DNA of 20,000 nt. It comes from an uncultured virus (IMG/VR IMGVR_UViG_3300025459_000001) (taxonomy: Duplodnaviria; Heunggongvirae; Uroviricota; Caudoviricetes). This document shows positions 1-8,218 of this stretch, in pieces (the stretch's first letter is position 1; every line of letters starts with the position of its first letter). The stretch lies in IMG/VR virus record IMGVR_UViG_3300025459_000001, one strand, 5' to 3'. The notes under the pieces are model-generated. The model saw only the letters and a program-made list of their open reading frames with translations, searched no databases and had not been told where the DNA came from. A program made the position numbers and the translations under genes.

Positions 1-126
1 ATAGAGCATTTCCACCGTGTCCACCACGTCCTCGGTGAGTAGAATAGAGTCCTGGGTCTTCTTCAGCCCACGGTCGAGGGTCTTCTGAATGTAGCGGGCG
101 AACTTATCCTTGAGTGCTTGGTCCAT
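1..126 (-). CDS. hypothetical protein, 5' part (runs off window)
   Basis: ATG at 126 after purine-rich AGGAAG; open to the window edge (MDQALKDKFARYIQKTLDRGLKK...). Confidence 0.6.
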   Translation of the reverse strand, partial: MDQALKDKFARYIQKTLDRGLKKTQDSILLTEDVVDTVEMLY

Positions 127-302
127 GCTTCCTGGCGTCTCTTTCCTTGCAGAGCCTTGAAATTCAGCGCACCCACCTCCCCAGAAATTAGTCCGCCTCA
201 CTCCAAGGCTCTGCACGGCCCTCTATCCGCTAGAGGGTTGCGTTTGTACTCCAACCGGCTGCGGTGTATTGTGTTTTAGACTGTCGGGTGTTTTCTCCTT
301 TC

Positions 303-626
303 TTACTGGTTCAGATTACTCGTCGTCGTTTGCGACATATTGGACAGGGTTGCAACGTTGTACGACATGGCCCCGACCGGAGCTTTCCCGTAGAAAACGG
401 TGGCTCCACTAGTGGTCGTGGGGAATAGACCGCCTTGCGTCTCGACGAGATACCGGAGAAACTCTCCGATGTACGGAGGCAGATTCGGCGGGTCCATGTA
501 GCGGAAGTCACCGGGTTGGGCGATTGGGTTCATCAGAATTTTTTGCGCCGGTTTAGCGGGGTGTAAAGCATCCCACACCGCTTCGGCCACCACAGCACTC
601 TTGCCCCAGGGGCTATCTTGCTCCAC
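303..626 (-). CDS. hypothetical protein
   Basis: 107 aa ORF, GTG start after GAAGG, fits the minus-strand gene run. Confidence 0.55.
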   Translation of the reverse strand: MEQDSPWGKSAVVAEAVWDALHPAKPAQKILMNPIAQPGDFRYMDPPNLPPYIGEFLRYLVETQGGLFPTTTSGATVFYGKAPVGAMSYNVATLSNMSQTTTSNLNQ

Positions 627-643
627 CGCCTTCTGGACGGTGG

Positions 644-844
644 CTAGGCGAAAGGGCGGACCAGTACCTCCGCCTTCTGCATATCCACTTTGGGTGCTTC
701 ACCACCCATCACGGCAGCAAGGGCGGCGGACTGTCCATCTCGGGCAATCACAGCCTTGGGGCCAAAGACCAACTTCTCGACGGCCCCTTCTTCGGCTTCT
801 TTCTTGCTCGGCTTCTCGATGATCGCTACTTCAAACAACGGCAT
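644..844 (-). CDS. small phage hypothetical protein (66 aa)
   Basis: Strong RBS AAGGAG before ATG at 844 (MPLFEVAIIEKP...); start revised from ORF track. Confidence 0.75.
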   Translation of the reverse strand: MPLFEVAIIEKPSKKEAEEGAVEKLVFGPKAVIARDGQSAALAAVMGGEAPKVDMQKAEVLVRPFA

Positions 845-858
845 TGCACTTCTCCTTT

Positions 859-1401
859 TCAGACTTGATCCTTCATTCTTGCGTTTGGCTCGTATACTAA
901 AGTCTTCTTGGCCCGGTCCATGGCTTCTGCCCAATCTACCCCGTAACGTCGCCGGATTCCTTCCGCCCGTTCGCGGAGTTCCGCCTCCTGATCGGTCATG
1001 TCCGTGTAGCCGCTTCCATCTCCACCCAGAATCTTAGTCAACCAGTTGGTCTGGCTCCTGGTGAACTTCTCGAAGGAGAGGGACAGGGAATCCAGGGCGG
1101 CGAGTTGCTTGGATGCTTGATCTGTCCGCTCGACACGCCCGCCAACAAGACCATCACGAACTAAAGCGAGATTGTCGTTGATCGTTGAAAGATGCGTTCG
1201 GGTTATGCCCGCCTGCTCCTGGATGGCTGCGTTCACTTTGCAAATCTGGTCGCGGATCTCGGTGAACTCCAGCGATGGCTGGTACACCGTGGGACTGCGC
1301 ATGACCCTCACGGTGGAGAGTACCATCTTGTAGACGGCCACTACCACCGCGATCGCCACGATCCCGTAGCCAATCCACGACATCAAGACTTGCAGCGTCA
1401 T
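859..1401 (-). CDS. membrane-anchored, probably coiled-coil hypothetical protein
   Basis: ATG at 1401 overlaps upstream stop (ATGA); N-terminal TM segment WIGYGIVAIAVVVAVY. Confidence 0.7.
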   Translation of the reverse strand: MTLQVLMSWIGYGIVAIAVVVAVYKMVLSTVRVMRSPTVYQPSLEFTEIRDQICKVNAAIQEQAGITRTHLSTINDNLALVRDGLVGGRVERTDQASKQLAALDSLSLSFEKFTRSQTNWLTKILGGDGSGYTDMTDQEAELRERAEGIRRRYGVDWAEAMDRAKKTLVYEPNARMKDQV

Positions 1402-1730
1402 TTCGCAACCTTCTTTTTGTGGCTTTTCCTGACCTCGACGAAGTAACCTTGGCTCAATAGAAAGTCCGTGCCCGACTTCACATACTGTTGTACGCGGGCC
1501 TTGGAGATATCCAGCGCTTGAGTGTACTTCATCCCGATTAAATAAGCCTTGGTTTCCGGCCACTCCGAACCCTGCAAGAACATAATGGCGGCATTGATCG
1601 CAACCTTCAATCGAGTCCGTTTACGATGTGACCAGTCTTCGGGAGGTTCCGGCGCGCGTTTATAGATACGCGGGTCCGATGCCGTCATACGGCCTTCGCG
1701 GATCGCCTTCCTCAGGTCGCGAGGGGTCAT
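1398..1730 (-). CDS. hypothetical protein with possible sigma region-4-like HTH
   Basis: ATGA-coupled start at 1730; ALDISKARVQQYV resembles the LGVSRERVRQI-type HTH. Confidence 0.6.
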   Translation of the reverse strand: MTPRDLRKAIREGRMTASDPRIYKRAPEPPEDWSHRKRTRLKVAINAAIMFLQGSEWPETKAYLIGMKYTQALDISKARVQQYVKSGTDFLLSQGYFVEVRKSHKKKVAK

Positions 1731-1975
1731 TCCAGGATGTCCTCGGCTCTTTCCAGCCATTCGGGAATCGGTTTGCCGTGGTAGATGAACTCCAAGAAAC
1801 GAACCGCCATTTCATTGCACGACAGTTCGCTTTGGATGTGGACAACGTCGAACACGCTCTCGATGGAGGCGAACCGCTCGATGGCGATGCCGATCTTGTT
1901 TGGTCCTTGGCATCCTACTTCATAGCAGAGCCCCAAGGTTTTGATGATCTCAAGGGTGAGTTGGAATTTGGTCAT
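1727..1975 (-). CDS. hypothetical protein
   Basis: ATGA coupling at both ends (MTKFQLTLEIIK...). Confidence 0.65.
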   Translation of the reverse strand: MTKFQLTLEIIKTLGLCYEVGCQGPNKIGIAIERFASIESVFDVVHIQSELSCNEMAVRFLEFIYHGKPIPEWLERAEDILE

Positions 1976-2139
1976 TGCTTTGGATGCTCCTTCCAATACT
2001 TCGCCGTTGCTATAATGGTGTACCCATCTTGGTCTTCGACATTTTCCCAGCGCCCTGTCGAGATCAAGAACTTCTTCGCCTCATCGTAGGTCATCCCCAT
2101 TGCTATTTCGAAATCGCTGGGCCTTTGCTCGGGCTTCAT
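1972..2139 (-). CDS. small hypothetical protein (55 aa, not in ORF track)
   Basis: MKPEQRPSDFEIAMGMTYDEAKKFLISTGRW...; ATGA-coupled to the ParB-like stop and to the next gene. Confidence 0.65.
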   Translation of the reverse strand: MKPEQRPSDFEIAMGMTYDEAKKFLISTGRWENVEDQDGYTIIATAKYWKEHPKQ

Positions 2140-2954
2140 CCCAACACCCCTACCTTCCCATCGCCTTCATACTTTAAGATGATCTCGTCTTCACTGATTT
2201 CCTTGACCACCACATTTGTTTCCAGTTGTACCCTGCCCGACTTCCCTACGACTTTAAGAGCGGCAATCATCCCCGGTTTTGCTGACCACTGCCACGCTGC
2301 CTTCGGCCCCTCCATCAACTTCACAACTTCGGCTTCGTCAACCACGTCGTTGGTCAAGTAGTCCTGAATTTGGCGCAAAATCATGGCTTTGGTGGGCCGA
2401 TCGTCGGGCTCCTCGCGTTCGCGGGCCGTCACTCCCCTAGTCGAGGCTTCCCGCTTGGCCTTCCGTTCCGCCACTTTCTTTTTCTTGGCTTGCTTGGTTT
2501 CGCCTCTTCGAATCTCGCCGACCAACGATAAGGAGACGCCAATGTACTTGGCGATCTGGGTGTCTTTCCACTCCCCAATCTTCTCGTCGGTTACCGCCAA
2601 TTCAACGGCGCGTCTTTTGTCGGCATTGGTCAGCCGTGCGCCGTGATGGGAGTTTTCCAATAGGGCGTACTTCAGTGCATCGGAGGCGTCCCCATCGTGT
2701 ATGACGGCGGGGATTTCCAGCTTGTTTTCCTGCCGGTAGGCTTCGATGCGATGGAAGCCGTCCGCGACACGGTAGGAGTTGTCTCCGTTACGGAAGATAT
2801 GAATGGGGTCCATATTCCCGTGCTCCTGAATTAAGGAGCGGTACTGATGGACCAATCTGGCGTCGAGGGTGATGCGAATTTGGACGGAATTAGTTTCGTC
2901 AATTTGCTCGATGGGAACCAGCTTAACGGTTTTCTTGGTGGCAGAGGGTGTCAT
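2136..2954 (-). CDS. ParB/Srx-family N-terminal (CTPase) domain protein with HTH
   Basis: PIHIF...YRVADGFHRIEA (GxxRxxA box), ALLENSHHG-RLTNADKRRAV, HTH WKDTQIAKYIGVSLSLVGEIRR. Confidence 0.85.
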   Translation of the reverse strand: MTPSATKKTVKLVPIEQIDETNSVQIRITLDARLVHQYRSLIQEHGNMDPIHIFRNGDNSYRVADGFHRIEAYRQENKLEIPAVIHDGDASDALKYALLENSHHGARLTNADKRRAVELAVTDEKIGEWKDTQIAKYIGVSLSLVGEIRRGETKQAKKKKVAERKAKREASTRGVTAREREEPDDRPTKAMILRQIQDYLTNDVVDEAEVVKLMEGPKAAWQWSAKPGMIAALKVVGKSGRVQLETNVVVKEISEDEIILKYEGDGKVGVLG

Positions 2955-2961
2955 TGTCTTT

Positions 2962-2975
2962 GTCCCACGTTGTAC
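2962..2975. promoter_or_regulatory. parS-like palindrome copy (GTCCCACGTTGTAC)
   Basis: Matches the dispersed consensus; lies between the predicted -10 and the ParB-like start codon. Confidence 0.75.
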
Positions 2976-2984
2976 TCGATCTAT

Positions 2985-3013
2985 AGGGTACGCGGAGTCA
3001 AGAGTGAAGTCAA
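2985..3013 (-). promoter_or_regulatory. putative sigma70 promoter of the ParB-like operon
   Basis: TTGACT-N17-TACCCT on minus strand; direct repeat AGTCAAGAG at 2996 and 3008. Confidence 0.55.
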
Positions 3014-3021
3014 GAGGTGTT

Positions 3022-3234
3022 TTAATACCTTCTCAAGACGTTTCCCTGGATCATCAGTTCAGCCTCCCGTAACACCACGAACCCATGGATTTGCTGAACT
3101 TCTTTTTTGGAGTATCCAGAAAGCAGCATGATCTTAGCCGCACGCACCCTGGACTCATAGACGGGGTTCGCAGGCTTCGGTCGGCGGTCCTCCACATCAT
3201 CTTCAATTTGGTGGATCATATAAATGTCGGACAT
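3022..3234 (-). CDS. hypothetical protein
   Basis: 70 aa ORF in operon orientation. Confidence 0.55.
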   Translation of the reverse strand: MSDIYMIHQIEDDVEDRRPKPANPVYESRVRAAKIMLLSGYSKKEVQQIHGFVVLREAELMIQGNVLRRY

Positions 3235-3326
3235 AGGATAAGATCGTTATCCAGAGCCAGAGCCATCGCAATAGCCATGGCCACCGCCATCGCCAGAGCC
3301 GTAATCCGGGTCGGAGTTTCACGGCC

Positions 3327-3659
3327 TCAGTCCTTCAGCGCCTCGCGGAGCTTGTCAAGTTCCACTGTGTAGGTCGGTTCTGTGTATTCCCCGCCGTGAA
3401 TCTTGTACAGAATCCAGACCGACTGGTAGCGCTCATCGGCGTGAACCGCATCCAATCTGTTCTTCAAGTCTTCCGCCGCCCGCGCGACGGCGAGCAGGCC
3501 TTGCCGCTCTCGTTGGAGTTTCAGGATCTCATCCCGCAGTAGGGGATAGCTGCGAAATGCTGCAATGGACCACTTTAAGTCAGCCGATGGCCATTCCTGT
3601 GCCACCGCAGCCAGACGCAGTCGGTCCAACTCCGCGATGATCTCGTTGATGTCAGCCAC
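3327..3659 (-). CDS. phage hypothetical protein
   Basis: GGAGG RBS before GTG; 110 aa helical ORF. Confidence 0.7.
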   Translation of the reverse strand: MADINEIIAELDRLRLAAVAQEWPSADLKWSIAAFRSYPLLRDEILKLQRERQGLLAVARAAEDLKNRLDAVHADERYQSVWILYKIHGGEYTEPTYTVELDKLREALKD

Positions 3660-3674
3660 GTTCTACCTCCTGCC

Positions 3675-3800
3675 TCAGCACTTGCGCCAACGCTGGGACT
3701 TATATACATGATATAGATTGAGATTCAGGGAGTGTTTCAACATCAACTTGTAGCCCGCTGTTCTGAGGGGCATAGCCCCGCAAGGCTCATCCCGAGCCTT
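3675..3800 (-). ncRNA. expected omegaRNA/reRNA region of TnpB (boundaries uncertain)
   Basis: Position overlapping the tnpB 3' end and ~80 nt intergenic gap; hairpin AGGCTC-GGGAT-GAGCCT on the minus strand near 3783-3799. Confidence 0.4.
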
Positions 3801-4849
3801 TTGATGTTTAGTGCCGCGTTGTGATCCCGCCCCAAAGTCAACCCGCATGAACAGGAATGCACCCGCTCGCTAAGTTCCTTTCGGATGATGACACCACAGC
3901 CGCTGCACTTCTGAGATGTCCCCTTCGGGTTGACCGGCACCATCCACTTACCAGCGTATTCTGCTTTGTAAGTTACCTGCCAGATCAACAGCCCCCAGGC
4001 TGCATCCATGATTGACTTTGCTAACTTGGATCGCACCATATTTCGGATCTTCAGATCCTCGTGAGCAATTAAATCGTAGTTCGCTACCAGCCACTTGCTG
4101 ACGTGGTGGATGTAGTTCAACCGCGCACTTGCGGCCCGTTGATGAGCGCGGCGCAACGCCTCACGCGCACGGAGGCGGTTATGTGACCCGCGCGTCTTGG
4201 TTGCTAACGAGCGATTGGCGGAGGCGATCCGATTTTCGTGCTGACGTATCCAACGCGGATTCTCAATCTCGGTTCCGTCACTCAGTGTCGCCAGGGTAGT
4301 CAGGCCAACATCAATCCCTACCGGGTGCATTACCACGCACTTCTCTGGGGCGGGGCCGATATCACAGACTACGTTAGCCGTCCATCTCTTGCCATCACGC
4401 TTTACCGTGCAGTATTTTGCGCGGCCCCAAATAGGACGCCCACCACGCGCCCGAATATCCCCCACGTTCGGTATTTTGATCGAACGCTCGCGGACTACGG
4501 GCAAACTGAACCCGAAGGAATCGTACCTGAAACGTGAACGATAACGCGGGAACCCCGGCTTCTCGCCAGCCTTGCAACGGCGGTAGAACGCCTTGAATGC
4601 CCGGTCAACCCGACGCAACGGGTCACGCTGGATATCACAGGCGATCCACTGGAATGCCAGGTCTTTGCGGAGTTCCGTCAACTCCTTCTGCTGGTCATAG
4701 TACGTGATCGACTTGTGCTGGAGTTTCCATGCCTCTTTTCGCTCCTGAATACAGGCGTTCGCAGTCTCGCAGTTATCCTCAAGAATCCGATTCAACTCCG
4801 CAACCTGCGTAGCGTTTGGACGAAGACGAAACTGAAAGGTTCTCAGCAT
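3743..4849 (-). CDS. tnpB: IS200/IS605-family RNA-guided endonuclease TnpB (no adjacent TnpA)
   Basis: N-term RTFQFRLRPN, KPGFPRYR, RuvC-I VGIDVGL, RuvC-II IAHEDL, Zn finger TSQKCSGC...CSCG, RuvC-III RDHNAALNI. Confidence 0.95.
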   Translation of the reverse strand: MLRTFQFRLRPNATQVAELNRILEDNCETANACIQERKEAWKLQHKSITYYDQQKELTELRKDLAFQWIACDIQRDPLRRVDRAFKAFYRRCKAGEKPGFPRYRSRFRYDSFGFSLPVVRERSIKIPNVGDIRARGGRPIWGRAKYCTVKRDGKRWTANVVCDIGPAPEKCVVMHPVGIDVGLTTLATLSDGTEIENPRWIRQHENRIASANRSLATKTRGSHNRLRAREALRRAHQRAASARLNYIHHVSKWLVANYDLIAHEDLKIRNMVRSKLAKSIMDAAWGLLIWQVTYKAEYAGKWMVPVNPKGTSQKCSGCGVIIRKELSERVHSCSCGLTLGRDHNAALNIKRLGMSLAGLCPSEQRATS

Positions 4850-4872
4850 GTTTCAGCGCACAGGGGAGTCAA

Positions 4873-5280
4873 CTATATAATTCCCTTGACTTTCCTGGGG
4901 ACCACCCGTCTGACCGGCTTGGATGGATCGGAGATCGGGCCGGAGACCATGCGATTGTCGATCTCGGCATTCCCCAGTTTCGGCAGTTCCCCCGTGACTT
5001 TCTCGATCGTCTCCGCGATATGCGCCTGAGCTTCGGTTACGGCCACCGGAAGGTCCGGTGCCGGGATGTCCCACGGCATCTCCAGATCTTCACCGTCGAA
5101 TGCCGTCGATTCCACCGGGGTCTCGGCAGGGGAACTCTCCGCAGACTTGATTGGCCTTCCGGCTCCCCTCTTCCTTTTTCTGGGGACGTCCCACAGAGGC
5201 GACCCGCACTCCGCACAACGTTTCGGAGTTTCCAGGGTAGAGTCGAAGTCCTCTTCGCAACGAATACAGTGGTAGGTCAT
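4873..5280 (-). CDS. zinc-ribbon protein with disordered tail
   Basis: CIRC-x11-CAEC-GSPLWD followed by basic RKRKRGAGRP. Confidence 0.75.
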   Translation of the reverse strand: MTYHCIRCEEDFDSTLETPKRCAECGSPLWDVPRKRKRGAGRPIKSAESSPAETPVESTAFDGEDLEMPWDIPAPDLPVAVTEAQAHIAETIEKVTGELPKLGNAEIDNRMVSGPISDPSKPVRRVVPRKVKGII

Positions 5281-5284
5281 TTAC

Positions 5285-5770
5285 TTATGTACCCTCCCTG
5301 ATTCGCTTGGCGGCTTCCTTCAAGACGTCCCGCCACCCAATGCAGGAATCTGGTTTATTCCCGGAGACCATCGTGTCTAGAATCTTTGCGCAGCGCTCGG
5401 AGATCACTTCACGACCATCAAGCAAAGTGATCCTCTTTTCCGTAACCTTCTTAATCATGCGTTTCCTCTTGTTTCCATTGTTCCGCCTCGCCTTCCCGGA
5501 CGCCCTCTCCACGGTGAGCAACTCGAACTCCTCGGGGGATATGACCTTATCGATCTCGACAAATTCGATCGGGCCATCCTCATTATTAATCGACGCTACA
5601 AATGGCCAATCGTCAGTGAGTGAGTCCGTCCGAAGTCGATCTCGGAACCAACAGCAGCCGTCTTCTACTGCGATCTCCAAGTTGAGTTTCGCACCTTCCT
5701 CTTGGATTAGATTCCAAAAACGCGCCACGCGCTTAGCGCATTCATCAGTCGCTATTCTGATCGATTTCAT
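5285..5770 (-). CDS. hypothetical protein
   Basis: AGGAGG RBS, 161 aa. Confidence 0.7.
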   Translation of the reverse strand: MKSIRIATDECAKRVARFWNLIQEEGAKLNLEIAVEDGCCWFRDRLRTDSLTDDWPFVASINNEDGPIEFVEIDKVISPEEFELLTVERASGKARRNNGNKRKRMIKKVTEKRITLLDGREVISERCAKILDTMVSGNKPDSCIGWRDVLKEAAKRIREGT

Positions 5771-6227
5771 GATTGGTCCTCCTAGGAGCCTCGATCATCT
5801 TGAACTTGGTCTCGGTCAGCCATTGGTACAACGTGGTACCGGAAGCGTTGACCACACGGTAGGGCAAATACACCTCAGCGGCGGAAACCATCGAGGTTTG
5901 GATCATGGCGTTCTGCGCCTGCACCCACCTCAATAATTGCCTCCAGGCAATTCGCTCGGCGTCGCGCATGGCTTTCTCGCGGAAGTCCGCACGGGGCCGC
6001 TTGGCTCTGGCTTCGAGCAGCCGGAAGACCGGCTCGATCCTGACCGGCATGTCGAACAGAACATCCTTCTCGCCGATGCGCATCACCCACCGCAGGCCGG
6101 AAACCCTGCCGTCTTTGTAATCCGTGTTGACCGCCGTTGCCCCGGAACTCACCAGTTCGCCCACAATCTCACTGACTGTCCGCTGAACGGAGACGCCGGT
6201 GGTTTCCATGAAAATCGCTTTGCTCAT
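5745..6227 (-). CDS. conserved-type phage hypothetical protein
   Basis: 160 aa; TVSEI...L...GA and AERIAWRQLLRWVQAQ pattern typical of a widespread phage family. Confidence 0.8.
   Translation of the reverse strand: MSKAIFMETTGVSVQRTVSEIVGELVSSGATAVNTDYKDGRVSGLRWVMRIGEKDVLFDMPVRIEPVFRLLEARAKRPRADFREKAMRDAERIAWRQLLRWVQAQNAMIQTSMVSAAEVYLPYRVVNASGTTLYQWLTETKFKMIEAPRRTNHEIDQNSD
5826..5839. promoter_or_regulatory. parS-like palindrome copy, intragenic (GTACAACGTGGTAC)
   Basis: Fits GTMCMACGTKGKAC exactly. Confidence 0.55.
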
Positions 6228-6370
6228 TTGGGGTCTTCCACTGGGCCGTAGACGACGCTCTTACCTGTTGCCGCATACCGGCAAAACTCCACCAGGTTGT
6301 CGTAAGATCCAACGTACTGCAAGCGGACGGCTTGCCCAGAAAGAGCCGCAGCGTTTACTAAGATTACTGA
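6224..6370 (-). pseudogene. start-less 3' remnant of a small gene
   Basis: Frame VILVNAAALSGQAVRLQYVGSYDNLVEFCRYAATGKSVVYGPVEDPK* ends in a TGA overlapping the ATG at 6227; no in-frame start seen at the junction. Confidence 0.4.
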
Positions 6371-6693
6371 GAGACATTCATGCCTCGAATCAGGAGAGCG
6401 CTCAAGCTATACGCGCAAACACAGATGCTCACAACAAGAAGCAGGAACCATCCCCATCCGTAGTGGCCCCACTGAAGCCGCCAGAAGCTATAGCCGCCTA
6501 TTATGATGCTGAGCAAAATGAAAGAAAACGGAACAACTTCTGGAAGTCGAGTGAGAGACTTGCAAAAGCAATCGTAAGTGGACAAGCTTCCCCTATAGGT
6601 TGGAGAAGCCAGAACTTTATGAAGAATGTCGGAAGGACGGCTGCTTTCAATATTGCGGTACGAGCGCCACGTGGCGCAACTATGCAGATCTAA
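6340..6693 (+). pseudogene. degenerate inverted fragment related to the 8219-9199 gene family
   Basis: KNVGRTAAFNIAV vs KNMGRTAAFDVTV; 14 bp identity GGAAGGACGGCTGC (6631-6644 vs 8774-8787); more AT-rich than flanks. Confidence 0.5.
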
Positions 6694-6777
6694 CTTCTTG
6701 TAGGGGGATGGGGACGTAACTATTTGAATCACTACCCCAACCCAACAACCGAGAACGAACGCGACAGCCAGCTTCAT
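6364..6777 (-). CDS. putative chimeric membrane protein (137 aa)
   Basis: AGGAGG RBS before ATG at 6777; N-terminal hydrophobic segment; two C-terminal TM-like segments read from the antisense of the inserted fragment. Confidence 0.5.
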   Translation of the reverse strand: MKLAVAFVLGCWVGVVIQIVTSPSPYKKLDLHSCATWRSYRNIESSRPSDILHKVLASPTYRGSLSTYDCFCKSLTRLPEVVPFSFILLSIIIGGYSFWRLQWGHYGWGWFLLLVVSICVCAYSLSALLIRGMNVSQ

Positions 6778-6788
6778 AATTGGTCCTC

Positions 6789-6968
6789 CTACTCGGGTAG
6801 ATAGTCGAGAATCTGTTGTGCGAACTGCCGGAGCGCTTCGATAGTGGGACCGTGCAGGTACAACAGGAGCCCGGAGTTCAGGAAATTGATGTACAGCGTG
6901 TTGTCGCCATGTCCTGGCGGGGACCCCCACGCATTGATGTCGGCAACGTTCAGGTGAATTGAAACCAT
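6789..6968 (-). CDS. small hypothetical protein (59 aa)
   Basis: GGAGG RBS; TAATG coupling with the upstream gene. Confidence 0.65.
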   Translation of the reverse strand: MVSIHLNVADINAWGSPPGHGDNTLYINFLNSGLLLYLHGPTIEALRQFAQQILDYLPE

Positions 6969-7153
6969 TAGTGAGCCTCCGCTTCGGGATAACACAATTT
7001 GCAAACCCTGCCCTCCGGCACATCCCCTACGTGAAATTCCGTCCGCCCCGGATGTAAGTCCACACGCCCGCACACCGCCTTACCATTCACCCTGATCTTG
7101 TGCCATGGCCGGTTGTGCCCTCCGTATTTCTGCCGTGCCCAAGTGGCTAGCAT
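6968..7153 (-). CDS. small putative zinc-binding protein (61 aa)
   Basis: WH...VCG...VCKLC; ATG at 7153. Confidence 0.6.
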   Translation of the reverse strand: MLATWARQKYGGHNRPWHKIRVNGKAVCGRVDLHPGRTEFHVGDVPEGRVCKLCYPEAEAH

Positions 7154-7167
7154 TCTGAACCAAATCG

Positions 7168-7335
7168 CTACTTTGACCACAATCCCGAACACGATCCTAA
7201 GCGCGAAGGCGATCCCGACCACGACCATGCCGAAGACCACGATCCCGACCGTGACCACAGTGCCAACCACAACTGCCCAGACGATCCCGACCACGACTGC
7301 GACCACGACCATCTTGACCGTCTTCCGCGCATCAT
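7168..7335 (-). CDS. Ser/Trp/Gly/Arg low-complexity peptide
   Basis: ATGA-coupled; RSRWSWSQSWSGS... from degenerate 6-bp TCGTGG-like repeats. Confidence 0.5.
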   Translation of the reverse strand: MMRGRRSRWSWSQSWSGSSGQLWLALWSRSGSWSSAWSWSGSPSRLGSCSGLWSK

Positions 7336-7595
7336 TTGCCGACTCCGAACGACTCGATAGCCCCTCGTTGCACATATAACTTCTCGCAGTGGAGGCGCTG
7401 TGCGTCTTTCCACGTCGCGGCCGACCACTCGCCAGTCTCATACACAATCGAAGGCTCGGCCAGTAGCACGCAATCCGTGTCCACGCCTTCGAGCACGCCA
7501 ACATAGATGTAGTTTAGGCAGAGCAACACTACGCGCTCGCCAAGTAGAGATTTCAGGGCCTCACCTGAAACAACCTTCTTCATGCTCATCCTCAC
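7332..7595 (-). CDS. small beta-barrel (Sm-like) phage protein
   Basis: LLGERVVLLCLNYIYVGVLEGVD...PSIVYETG pattern. Confidence 0.75.
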   Translation of the reverse strand: MRMSMKKVVSGEALKSLLGERVVLLCLNYIYVGVLEGVDTDCVLLAEPSIVYETGEWSAATWKDAQRLHCEKLYVQRGAIESFGVGK

Positions 7596-7629
7596 TTCCT
7601 CGTATTTGGTTCGGGTCGAACCAAATACT

Positions 7630-8136
7630 TCACTCCCTTTTCCCTTTCATTTCGTCGCAGTACGCTCTGATGAACGCCGCCGCGACTTGCGCGACGATTC
7701 CATCGCCGTAACCCCGCAATCGTCCCACACGCCCGGAAGTCCCATGAGCCAGCGGGAATGCGCCGCGTTCAACTGGCCGCAAGCCGGGACGATCTCCCAC
7801 CCGTTGGGGCCGAGTAAGTACCCAATCGGCCGATCGCCAAAAGCCGTTAACCGGGCCTCGCCCAGCAGGGTCAGGTTGCCTCGCATCATCATTTCGCTGC
7901 CCTGCTCGCCGTCTGCCTTCTTTGGCGTTGCCCAGCCGCTCAGTTGCGCCTGCTCGTTCAGTGGCCACTGGCACATCTCTACTGTCTTGCGCCCGCTGTC
8001 CGTGTTCCCCGCTTCGTTGTTCCCGTTCTGCGCCGGAGTGCCCGCCATTGGCGTCGGCCAGCCAGCCAGCACAGCCGCTCCATCCAGATCGATCCCGCCC
8101 GTGTGTGTAGACCGCAGGGTGAGAATCGCGAAACAA
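7630..8136 (-). pseudogene. C-terminal remnant of phage C5 cytosine methyltransferase, main (alpha) frame
   Basis: NGFWRSADW...RPVE..AFPLAHG...RVGRLRGYGDGIVAQVAAAFIRA (motif X-like); motifs I and IV absent, in-frame stop near 8180. Confidence 0.75.
7647..8110 (-). pseudogene. overlapping alternative-frame (beta-type) polypeptide of the methyltransferase, 5'-truncated
   Basis: LAGWPTP/LSGWATP repeats and GQLNAAHSRWLMGLP..WD (motif IX-like). Confidence 0.7.
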
Positions 8137-8218
8137 ACATCGCCGCGCTCTGGTAATCCAAACGCGCCGGGACGTAAGTCAAAGGGTCAATGACGTCCAA
8201 GAGGTCTCGGATACATCT

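Noticed and set aside
6664..6677. Palindrome GCGCCACGTGGCGC (also ATCCCACATGGGAT at 15108)
   Set aside because: These share only the core, with 3 or more mismatches to the consensus, and may be chance.
7098..7504. Thr-rich and Val-rich ORFs
   Set aside because: Shadow frames of the 6-bp low-complexity repeat; the coupled Ser/Trp frame fits the operon.
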